IMG/VR virus record: IMGVR_UViG_3300044701_002547
Span: 1-64,000 of that record
Source of the DNA: a virus
Length of the DNA: 64,000 nt
Reading direction: 5' to 3' (one strand)
In this document: positions 40,597 to 48,359 of the stretch, piece after piece
How positions within the stretch are numbered: position 1 is the first letter of the stretch
How the letters are laid out: each line of letters starts with the position of its first letter
Made by a program: the position numbers and the translations under genes
Notes under the pieces: generated by a model
Databases searched by the model: none
Seen by the model: only the letters and a program-made list of their open reading frames with translations
Told to the model about the DNA's origin: nothing

Positions 40597-41288
40597 TTTT
40601 GGCAAAAAACTTATCACACATCAATACAAATCATAATTTAGCATTTAATTATCTTCAATCTCTCTTTGATATTAATGATCATAAACATAGAGTTCTTGAT
40701 ATTGGGGCAGGAGCAAATCCTTGGGCAATTGAATGGATTACTCACGTTGTAGATAATTTTTTAGAACCTAAAGATATTAGTAATGTATCTAAAAATGAGA
40801 TTAAAATTTTCAAAGTAGATATTGATGATCCAAGAGAATGGAATGTTGTATTAGAAGATGTTGAAAAGAACGGTAAGTTTGATTTTGTAATCTGTAGTCA
40901 TACTCTTGAGGATGTTAATAATCCAAAAATAACTTGTGAAATGATTAATCATATTGGCAAGGCTGGATTTATTAGTATGCCTTCAAAATATACTGAACTA
41001 GTTACATTTGAATATAAATCAAATTGTGGATTACCTTACAAAGGATACCATCATCATAGATGGATATATCAACTTAATAATGACACCTTGATTGGATTTC
41101 CTAAAATGAATTTTCATGATTATATTCAATTTGATTTTGATAAACAGAAGGCAATTGCTTCTGAAATTGCTTTTTTGTGGAAAGATAGTTTCAATTATGA
41201 ATTCGTAATTCCACATCAAATGCTTGATAATAGAATAGGACCAAACAAACTTTTAGATCTTTTTGAAGACGACGATCTTGTACTTTGA
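40593..41288 (+). CDS. Class I SAM-dependent methyltransferase-like protein
   Basis: VLDIGAGANP...FDFVICSHTLEDVNNP. Confidence 0.85.
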   Translation: MILAKNLSHINTNHNLAFNYLQSLFDINDHKHRVLDIGAGANPWAIEWITHVVDNFLEPKDISNVSKNEIKIFKVDIDDPREWNVVLEDVEKNGKFDFVICSHTLEDVNNPKITCEMINHIGKAGFISMPSKYTELVTFEYKSNCGLPYKGYHHHRWIYQLNNDTLIGFPKMNFHDYIQFDFDKQKAIASEIAFLWKDSFNYEFVIPHQMLDNRIGPNKLLDLFEDDDLVL

Positions 41289-41297
41289 GGTATTGAA

Positions 41298-44123
41298 ATG
41301 ACTTTTAAATTAGATGCAAAAAAAGAAGTAGCATTAGATTCTCCAGATCATCTTTGTCCCGTTGGGTGTGTGAATGATAATTTTAGTTCGATTGGATTAA
41401 TATCTGAAGTTATACAATATTTTGGTGGAAAAAAAATTTCTGTTCTTGATTTGGGTTGTTCTGGTGGAAAGTTTGTAGTTGATTTTATTGAAAGAGGGCA
41501 TGATGCAATCGGATTGGAGGGAAGTTCTAATTGTTTAACTGGAAGCGGAAAATACAACTGGGACAAATACCACAATACCAATTTGTTTCTTTGTGACATT
41601 ACAGAAGAATATCAGTTGTATGAGAACGATGAGCCTTTAAAATTTGATTACATTCATTCGGAGGAAGTTTTCGAACATATCTCTGTGGATAAGATTGATA
41701 ATATGCTGAAACAGATTAAAAAGCATCTAAAAGAAGATGGAATCTGTTCCTTTGGTATATCTAAAATTCCTCATGAAGTTGTAATTGATGACCAATTATA
41801 CATTCTTCATCAATCAGTTTTTCCTCCAATCTGGTGGAAGAATAAACTTATTCAAAATGGATTTGAAATTTTAGATAATGGGCGCAATGATGAAAATTAT
41901 TTTGGTTATATTTTTAATAATGTAATTAGAACAGATTGTCAGGAAAGTTCTTGTTATTTTTGTTGTAGAATACAAAAAACTCAACAAAAATATAATTCTT
42001 CTGATTTGACTGAACTTCTTCATAATTACATTAATCAACCAGAGAACGCAGAACACAACTTTGATTTAGCAGTTTATTATCATGACATCGGACAGACTGC
42101 TACAGCAGTTTCTTATTATCTCCGTGCGGCAGAAAGAACAGATGATGACCTTCTTAAGTATGAGTGTCTGATTCGTGGTGCTATGTGCTTTGATTCGCAG
42201 GGTACTCGCAACTTTACTGTGAAAGGTTTTCTTCTACACGCTCTTGCGATTTGTCCCAAAAGACCAGAAGCTTATTATCTGATGAGTAAGTTTTATGAAA
42301 AGGAAAATAAAGATGGAAGTTGGAATGAATCTTTCACAATTTCTTCTATAGGATTGAAAGTTGCTGATTTAAATCCATCACCACTGAGAACAGTCGTGAA
42401 TTATCCTGGGGAATATGCGCTTCTTTTTCAGAAAGCAATCAGCAGTTGGTGGTGTGGGTTGTGTGAAGAATCAAGAGATTTACTTTTAGATCTTCTTAAG
42501 AATTATCAGATGGCAGATACTTTCCAACAAAAAGCTATTGATAATCTTAAAAAAATGAATGTTGAAATAGATTTAAATCAGTTATTTAAAAACAAACTTC
42601 CTATGAACATCAATAATAAAAAAATCTCAACTGAAGATTTTGATTGGGGAGTATTATCTGATGAGGAAAAAAATATCATTGGGAAAGAAATATTTCAAGA
42701 TCATATCTATGATAGATTTTTTTCAGTAAAAGAAAATGACATTGTAATGGACATTGGTGCAAATGTTGGAGCATTTTCTTATTCAGTATTAAATAAAAAT
42801 CCAAAACATATTTACTGTATAGAACCTTCTGTCAATTTAATTGACACTATCAAAAATAATTTAAGTGGATTTCCCGTAACTATTATTGATTCTTCAGTTT
42901 CTAGTGAAACTTGTGATTTCAAAGAACCTACTGAAAATGATTACATTCATTTTCATCAAGGATTTTATAAATCAAAAACCTTTAAAGACATTCTTAGGGA
43001 AAATAATATTAATCACATAGATTTTCTAAAAATTGACTGTGAAGGTGGAGAATATGATGTATTTACTGAAGAAAATAAAAATTTTCTCTTGAATAATGTT
43101 AAGTACATCGCAGGTGAGTGGCATTTTACCAGTAATGGTAATTCTATGGAAAAATTTAGAAATTTTATAAATCTTTATTTAAAGGATCATAATAATTATA
43201 AAGTGTTTGAACTGAGTGGTAGAGAAATAACTGATATAATCTTCAATGAAGACTTTCTTGTACCATTTGAACAATGGTATAATGAATATGGTCATGCACA
43301 GTTTATGATTTATATTGAAAATAATATCGAAGATAAAAAAAAAAGTATTCCGGTGATTGGAACGGCGGTTGTAAATAATTGTTATTGGATAAAACGTCTT
43401 TTAGAAAGCGTTGATTATCCAGTTGATAATTTTGTTATTATTAATAATAATGGAAGAGGTCAGCTTGATGAAGAATTAAATAACTTAACCAAGATCACCC
43501 ACAAATATATTAAAAATATTAAAGTTTGTCATATGCCAGCAAACATTGGATGTGGTGGTGCTTGGAATTTAATTATTAAATCTTATATGATGGCACCTTA
43601 TTGGATTATTGTGAGTGATGATGTTGCTTTTTGCCCTGGATTCTTAGAGGAAATGGTTTCCGTTGCCGAATCTGATTCTGAGATTGGAATAATTCACGGA
43701 CACGCTGGAGACTTTGGTGTGGGTAGTTGGGATGTATTCTTAATGAGGGATCATGTCGTTCAAAAGTTTGGATTGTTTGATGAGAATTTATATCCTGCTT
43801 ATTGTGAAGACTCTGATTACATAATGAGATTTCAACATCATTCCATTAAAAAAGTAATGTCCCTGAACTCAAATTATTATCACGGGCACGGGGATAAGAC
43901 TGAATATTATAAAGAGGGATGTCAAACACAAAAAAGTGAACCAGAACTTAAAGAAAAATTAGATCATTCAAATAATTTAAATATAGAATATCTGACAGAA
44001 AAATGGGGACCTGGTTGGAGAATGTGTAGCCCTGAAGATTTACCATTTAAAGGAAAGGAACATTCAATTTCAGAAACAACATATGATTTAAGTTTTGTAA
44101 GAAGAAAACATCTAGGATTTTAA
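41298..44123 (+). CDS. Four-domain fusion: methyltransferase, TPR-like, FkbM methyltransferase, GT-A (GT2-like)
   Basis: VLDLGCSGG...EVFEHI; AVSYYLRAAE...PKRPEAYY; MDIGANVG...LKIDCEGGEY; NIGCGGAWN...SDDV...GLFDENLYPAYCEDSDY. Confidence 0.85.
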   Translation: MTFKLDAKKEVALDSPDHLCPVGCVNDNFSSIGLISEVIQYFGGKKISVLDLGCSGGKFVVDFIERGHDAIGLEGSSNCLTGSGKYNWDKYHNTNLFLCDITEEYQLYENDEPLKFDYIHSEEVFEHISVDKIDNMLKQIKKHLKEDGICSFGISKIPHEVVIDDQLYILHQSVFPPIWWKNKLIQNGFEILDNGRNDENYFGYIFNNVIRTDCQESSCYFCCRIQKTQQKYNSSDLTELLHNYINQPENAEHNFDLAVYYHDIGQTATAVSYYLRAAERTDDDLLKYECLIRGAMCFDSQGTRNFTVKGFLLHALAICPKRPEAYYLMSKFYEKENKDGSWNESFTISSIGLKVADLNPSPLRTVVNYPGEYALLFQKAISSWWCGLCEESRDLLLDLLKNYQMADTFQQKAIDNLKKMNVEIDLNQLFKNKLPMNINNKKISTEDFDWGVLSDEEKNIIGKEIFQDHIYDRFFSVKENDIVMDIGANVGAFSYSVLNKNPKHIYCIEPSVNLIDTIKNNLSGFPVTIIDSSVSSETCDFKEPTENDYIHFHQGFYKSKTFKDILRENNINHIDFLKIDCEGGEYDVFTEENKNFLLNNVKYIAGEWHFTSNGNSMEKFRNFINLYLKDHNNYKVFELSGREITDIIFNEDFLVPFEQWYNEYGHAQFMIYIENNIEDKKKSIPVIGTAVVNNCYWIKRLLESVDYPVDNFVIINNNGRGQLDEELNNLTKITHKYIKNIKVCHMPANIGCGGAWNLIIKSYMMAPYWIIVSDDVAFCPGFLEEMVSVAESDSEIGIIHGHAGDFGVGSWDVFLMRDHVVQKFGLFDENLYPAYCEDSDYIMRFQHHSIKKVMSLNSNYYHGHGDKTEYYKEGCQTQKSEPELKEKLDHSNNLNIEYLTEKWGPGWRMCSPEDLPFKGKEHSISETTYDLSFVRRKHLGF

Positions 44124-44124
44124 A

Positions 44125-45543
44125 ATGAATAATTTAATTAATTTTCCTGTCATAAATTGTGTGACACTAGAACAATCTAGTCATAGGCATCAAATTATTT
44201 CACAACAAGTTGAAAAATATAATTTAAATATTAAATTTTGCTATGCTTATGATGGTGTAAATAATTCTTTAAGTGATATCTCTGATGTTTCTAGTCCTTT
44301 TTTGGGTGAGATGAATCGAGGTGAAATCTGTGCGGTTATATCTCACCTTAGGGCTATATCTGAATGGTATACAAATACGGATGAGGAGTATGGATTTTTT
44401 TGTGAGGATGATGTTTTACTAGAACTAAATGAAAAATGGAATTTCACATGGGATGATTTTATTAATCATTTACCTTCTAATTGGGGAATCATACAACTTT
44501 CTTTAATCAGAAACTTTGAAACCGAAACTTCTGATAGTGCAGATAGGTTTATGAAGTTTCATTCGTATGTATGGGATAATTGGTCAGCTTGTTCTTACAT
44601 TGTTTCAAGAAGATATGCAAAACAACTTATTGATTTTCACTGTAAAGGGGAAAATATATTTGATTTAAATCTACCATATTATCCTAATACAGTTCCTTTT
44701 ATTGAAAATGTTTTGTTTAATGCAGACAATAAAGAAACAGTATATACTCTTCCATTGTTTGTAGAAAATACGGAGATTGCGTCCTCTTTTTATCCTAAGT
44801 TTATTGAATCAAATCTTAAGGATAATCAGAAATATTCTTCACATTTAGTTCGTGATTGGTGGGAAAAATATGGAAAATCTAAATCGGTAGAATGGTTTTT
44901 CAGTGAAGATTCGGAAGATCAAGAAGAAACAAACTTTTTATTAGTCAATCCTGGATATGTAAAAACCAGAGGGACTTGTTGGATTGTTGATAATTTTTAT
45001 GAGAATCCAGATCAGATGAGAGAATTTGCTTTAAAACAAGACTATCTTGAAGGTGGTCTTGGAAGAGGATTCATTGGTAGAAGAACTCACCAGCAATTTT
45101 TATTTCCAGGTTTAAAGGAAAGATTTGAAGAAATAATGGGTAAAAAAGTTACGGGATGGGAAGGATATGATATGAATGGTAGATTCCAGGTTGCTTGGGC
45201 TGGAGAACCTTTAGTATGGCATTGTGATAATCAACAATGGGGTGGAATGTTATATCTAACTCCAAATGCTCCTTATCAATGTGGAACAACTTTATATGCT
45301 CATAAACAAACTAGAGCAAGAACTTTTCATGATGAAGGATGGGATGCTGCTTGGAAAGATATTCCTGGAGATCCACATTTAGATGGAACTCCTTGGGAAC
45401 CTGTAGATGTTCTTGGAAATGTCTATAATCGTCTTGTTATTTTTGATGCTAGTGCCATTCATTCTGCTTCAGAGTATTTTGGTACGGTGATGGAGAATGC
45501 GAGATTGTGGCAGATGTTCTTTTTTGATGCTGAACCCGATTGA
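44125..45543 (+). CDS. GT25-like glycosyltransferase fused to a 2OG-Fe(II)-type domain
   Basis: GEICAVISHLRAI...FCEDDV...WGIIQL; C-terminal VDNFYENPD...WHCD...NVYNRLVIFDASAIHSA...RLWQMFFF. Confidence 0.8.
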   Translation: MNNLINFPVINCVTLEQSSHRHQIISQQVEKYNLNIKFCYAYDGVNNSLSDISDVSSPFLGEMNRGEICAVISHLRAISEWYTNTDEEYGFFCEDDVLLELNEKWNFTWDDFINHLPSNWGIIQLSLIRNFETETSDSADRFMKFHSYVWDNWSACSYIVSRRYAKQLIDFHCKGENIFDLNLPYYPNTVPFIENVLFNADNKETVYTLPLFVENTEIASSFYPKFIESNLKDNQKYSSHLVRDWWEKYGKSKSVEWFFSEDSEDQEETNFLLVNPGYVKTRGTCWIVDNFYENPDQMREFALKQDYLEGGLGRGFIGRRTHQQFLFPGLKERFEEIMGKKVTGWEGYDMNGRFQVAWAGEPLVWHCDNQQWGGMLYLTPNAPYQCGTTLYAHKQTRARTFHDEGWDAAWKDIPGDPHLDGTPWEPVDVLGNVYNRLVIFDASAIHSASEYFGTVMENARLWQMFFFDAEPD

Positions 45544-45568
45544 CAGAATCATATAATTCTCTTATAAT
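45540..45568 (+). promoter_or_regulatory. Consensus sigma70 (early) promoter
   Basis: TTGACA-17 nt-TATAAT. Confidence 0.9.
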
Positions 45569-45574
45569 ATCAAA

Positions 45575-45672
45575 GTCTTCAACTTCTTTGTATCTTTGAG
45601 AATGAAGACCTTCTCTGTGGTGGGAGAAGTGAAATGGTGGTATAATAAGGGGAGAGAAATCTCCTCTTTTTT
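45575..45672 (+). ncRNA. Candidate ~98-nt small RNA
   Basis: Lies between a perfect promoter and a terminator; two adjacent hairpins; no credible contained ORF. Confidence 0.6.
45647..45672 (+). terminator. Rho-independent terminator
   Basis: AAGGGGAGA-GAAA-TCTCCTCTT plus T run. Confidence 0.85.
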
Positions 45673-45704
45673 CTTATATAAATTAATATAAAATAACATA
45701 AACT

Positions 45705-45941
45705 ATGAACTTTACTGTATATTCAAAATCAGAGTGCCCTTATTGCTATAAAGTCAAACAAGTATTGGAATTGACAGGAAGCAACTTTGTGGTGTATAAT
45801 TTAGGAGAAGATTTTACTAGAGAAGAATTCACAACAGAATTCGGACCTAACGCAACATTTCCTCAAGTTCTTTGTGAAGACAAGAAACTTGGGGGTTGTA
45901 TAGATACAATTAAATTTTTGAAAGAAAAACAAATTGTCTAA
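45705..45941 (+). CDS. nrdC: Glutaredoxin
   Basis: CPYC active site; TFPQV; LGGC. Confidence 0.93.
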   Translation: MNFTVYSKSECPYCYKVKQVLELTGSNFVVYNLGEDFTREEFTTEFGPNATFPQVLCEDKKLGGCIDTIKFLKEKQIV

Positions 45942-46146
45942 AGTAAAGATAAATAATAATGACCACAGAAATCGTGGCATTGAAGTTCTATTATATGGAG
46001 GAAACAGAAAGCAAACCTATCCTTTCCATATCATTTTTGAGAAGATGGTATGCTTTCTAAATCGGGAAGTTACCATTTATTTTGAATTTTCTTTTTCATT
46101 AAGGAAAAAAATAGTTTCCCGGAGAAAAAAAGATGTTAGCAGTTAG
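45934..46146 (+). CDS. Hypothetical protein
   Basis: 70-aa ORF overlapping both neighbours; start uncertain. Confidence 0.55.
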   Translation: MSKVKINNNDHRNRGIEVLLYGGNRKQTYPFHIIFEKMVCFLNREVTIYFEFSFSLRKKIVSRRKKDVSS

Positions 46147-46363
46147 TTTAGTTTTCGGTTCATTTTTAATTGTTTTATTTTTTATTCTTGGGATTGTGCT
46201 TGGATGGGTTTCTAGAGAATATATGATGGAGCATCAAGACAAACCAAAACTACACCCAGAGTTTTTTGATCAACATGGTAATGTAATTCCTGATGAAGTG
46301 GTTGCCGTAACCTTTCAAGAAGGATTGTTTGACGATTATGATGATGAAGATGAAGAAGAATAA
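46133..46363 (+). CDS. Small membrane protein
   Basis: N-terminal TM helix; HPEFFDQHGNVIPDEV; acidic tail. Confidence 0.8.
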   Translation: MLAVSLVFGSFLIVLFFILGIVLGWVSREYMMEHQDKPKLHPEFFDQHGNVIPDEVVAVTFQEGLFDDYDDEDEEE

Positions 46364-46404
46364 TATTATAAATTAACTTATAGAAAACTTTATTTTTAAT
46401 TTTT

Positions 46405-47028
46405 ATGACTACAAAACCGACTGTGACTAAAAAATCACCAACTACGAAGATTTTAAAAACAACTACACCAAAAACAAAGGCAGCAGTTGAAACAATTCCA
46501 GATCTCCCCACAAATCCTTTTGTGTTTGAAATTTTGAACGCTGTCTGTAAGCAAAGAAGCAATGCTAAAAAAGTAGAGGCTCTCAGAAAATATGACCATC
46601 CTTGTCTAAAAACACTTTTTATTTGGAATTTTGATGAAAGTATTATTTCTATGCTTCCAGTAGGGGATGTTCCTTATGCAAGCGTTGGGGAACAAAATTC
46701 TTTCAGTGGAACTGTTAGTGAGAAGATTACTGATGCCGTTTCTAAAATGGAAGAAATAGGTAGCAATTCTCTTGGATCTCAGGATCAGGGACGTTCTTCA
46801 ATTCGTAAAGAGTATCAAAAATTTTATAATTTTGTAAAAGGTGGCAATGATGGTCTGAGTTCTCTTCGTAGAGAAACAATGTTCATTAATATTCTACAAG
46901 GACTTCATCCACTTGAAGCAGAAATTCTAATTCTTGTTAAAGACAAGAAACTGCAAACAAAATATAAGATTACAAAAGAAATTATTGTTGAAGCATACCC
47001 TGACGTTCAGTGGGGGGGACGATCATAA
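46405..47028 (+). CDS. Conserved T4-like phage hypothetical protein
   Basis: KKVEALRKY...LPVGDVPY...RRETMFINILQGLHPLEAEIL. Confidence 0.8.
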   Translation: MTTKPTVTKKSPTTKILKTTTPKTKAAVETIPDLPTNPFVFEILNAVCKQRSNAKKVEALRKYDHPCLKTLFIWNFDESIISMLPVGDVPYASVGEQNSFSGTVSEKITDAVSKMEEIGSNSLGSQDQGRSSIRKEYQKFYNFVKGGNDGLSSLRRETMFINILQGLHPLEAEILILVKDKKLQTKYKITKEIIVEAYPDVQWGGRS

Positions 47029-47049
47029 CTATAGTTTGGAGTTTAGATA

Positions 47050-47406
47050 ATGAGAAATAAAACACAAGAAACGTCTGAAAAGACTTTAAAAGAAGAAAAC
47101 CATATGGAATTTTGGACACCAGCGGAAAAAGAATCCTGTAAGTCACGCTACGGTTGTGAAATAATGGTTGAAAATGGTTCTTATGCTGAAGTCTGTACCA
47201 AAGAAGCTCCAAATGATGCTTACATTATCAAATACATGGTAGATGATAAGATTTGTTTTGATCTTACAAGAGGAACAAGAACTCGTTTGTTTGATATGTA
47301 CTGGGATAAGTTTCGTGATAATCTGAAGAGTATTAGTTGGGGTTATGGTAAGCATAATCCTAAGACTTGGGGATATAAATCTCCCGAAAAGAAAAAGCGA
47401 AAGTGA
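47050..47406 (+). CDS. Conserved cyanophage hypothetical protein
   Basis: 118-aa ORF, FDMYWDKF...GYGKHNPKTWG. Confidence 0.75.
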   Translation: MRNKTQETSEKTLKEENHMEFWTPAEKESCKSRYGCEIMVENGSYAEVCTKEAPNDAYIIKYMVDDKICFDLTRGTRTRLFDMYWDKFRDNLKSISWGYGKHNPKTWGYKSPEKKKRK

Positions 47407-47488
47407 TTTCCCATATGGGGTAAAAAATTTTCGGGGTAAAAATTCCCTATTAAGATTTTTCAAAAAAGTAGCGAGATGATACAATTTA

Positions 47489-47524
47489 GTATCTATTGCT
47501 ACTTTTTTTATGTTGTGATAGAAT
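47489..47524 (+). promoter_or_regulatory. NtcA box overlapping the -35 element of a sigma70 promoter
   Basis: GTA-TCTATTGC-TAC (47489-47502); TTGCTA (47496-47501)-17 nt-TAGAAT (47519-47524) with TG extension. Confidence 0.65.
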
Positions 47525-47533
47525 ATATACTAT

Positions 47534-47575
47534 AACGTTCATCCTACGGGACGGAAGTAAGCCGACGCGGAACGG
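47534..47575 (+). ncRNA. Glutamine riboswitch (glnA-type) aptamer 1, compact
   Basis: CGTTCA-TCC-TACG-GGA-CGGAAGTA...GGAACG; P1 is CGTTC/GAACG. Confidence 0.75.
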
Positions 47576-47630
47576 ATCGTTCATTCGCTATTCGCAAATA
47601 GCGAACGCAAACGCCGACTGAAGGAACGCT
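47576..47630 (+). ncRNA. Glutamine riboswitch (glnA-type) aptamer 2
   Basis: ATCGTTCA-TTCGCTATT-CGCA-AATAGCGAA-CGCAA...CCGACTGAAGGAACG. Confidence 0.85.
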
Positions 47631-47659
47631 CTTTAACCTAAAAACTAAGGAGAACCCTA

Positions 47660-47791
47660 ATGTCACAAGTCGTATATCGTGGTGTTTCTTATGACACCGA
47701 AGTTCGTCGCCAGCAACAGCAGGCACAACAGCAACCCCAACAGTATAATGAGACTTATCGTGGGGTTAAGTTTGTAAAGGAGGTGAAGTGA
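47660..47791 (+). CDS. DUF4278-like YRG peptide, Gln-rich (43 aa, not in ORF track)
   Basis: MSQVVYRGVSYDTEVRRQQQQAQQQPQQYNETYRGVKFVKEVK; AAGGAG Shine-Dalgarno; two YRGV motifs. Confidence 0.88.
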   Translation: MSQVVYRGVSYDTEVRRQQQQAQQQPQQYNETYRGVKFVKEVK

Positions 47792-47889
47792 TGAAAAAAC
47801 TCAACTTCCTGCAACTTATCAAAGAACAAAAACAAAAAGAAGAGCGTCGTCATTTAGCACAATTAGCACAACTAATCGGAGCAAAATAA
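47791..47889 (+). CDS. 32-aa basic helical peptide
   Basis: MKKLNFLQLIKEQKQKEERRHLAQLAQLIGAK; AGGAGGTG Shine-Dalgarno; TGATG coupling. Confidence 0.75.
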   Translation: MKKLNFLQLIKEQKQKEERRHLAQLAQLIGAK

Positions 47890-47975
47890 TGGCAAATCTC
47901 ATAGTCTCAATGAGTGCTGGAATCGCTCTTTTGACTATTATTTTATCAATGTATATTCAGTGGCTTTATAAGTGA
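47889..47975 (+). CDS. 28-aa hydrophobic peptide
   Basis: MANLIVSMSAGIALLTIILSMYIQWLYK; GGAG Shine-Dalgarno; TAATG coupling. Confidence 0.6.
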   Translation: MANLIVSMSAGIALLTIILSMYIQWLYK

Positions 47976-47985
47976 TATTTTTTCC

Positions 47986-48017
47986 AAAGAGAGGATTGAC
48001 AAGTCCTCTCTTTTTTT
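47986..48017 (+). terminator. Rho-independent terminator closing the peptide operon
   Basis: AAAGAGAGGA-TTGACAAG-TCCTCTCTTT plus T run. Confidence 0.85.
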
Positions 48018-48024
48018 GTATAAT
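47996..48024 (+). promoter_or_regulatory. Consensus sigma70 promoter
   Basis: TTGACA-17 nt-TATAAT. Confidence 0.9.
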
Positions 48025-48045
48025 CAAAACAGAATATTAATCTAA

Positions 48046-48192
48046 ATGGATAAGGACAAACTTAAATTAATTATTCGGAATATGGAACTGCTCTTGGACG
48101 CACTCAAGGCAGAAGTATATCCAGATACTCAGCAATATAAGTATGATGATATTCGTCCAGAAGAAGTTGATTATGATGAGGTTTTTAACTAA
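48046..48192 (+). CDS. 48-aa hypothetical protein
   Basis: MDKDKLKLIIRNMELLLDALKAEVY...DYDEVFN; directly downstream of the promoter. Confidence 0.75.
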   Translation: MDKDKLKLIIRNMELLLDALKAEVYPDTQQYKYDDIRPEEVDYDEVFN

Positions 48193-48359
48193 TGTCGGTA
48201 AGAGCAAAAAAACTTATAAAATTGCTTGGAAGATTAATTAAGCAAGATCACTTATATTCCGATGAACAATTAAAGGAAATGAAATCACAGTTGCGAATTA
48301 TTAAGGAAGAATTTGCAGAACTAGAAGTAAAAACATCAAAAGGATTTGGTAAAAAATGA
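48192..48359 (+). CDS. 55-aa hypothetical protein
   Basis: MSVRAKKLIKLL...HLYSDEQLKEMK...SKGFGKK; coupled on both sides. Confidence 0.75.
   Translation: MSVRAKKLIKLLGRLIKQDHLYSDEQLKEMKSQLRIIKEEFAELEVKTSKGFGKK

Noticed and set aside
45575-45672. tRNA identity for the structured RNA
   Set aside because: No cloverleaf, TTC T-loop or CCA end; no tRNA was recognised anywhere in the window
47544-47726. Minus-strand 60-aa ORF
   Set aside because: Antisense to the riboswitches and the YRG peptide, which explain the sequence better
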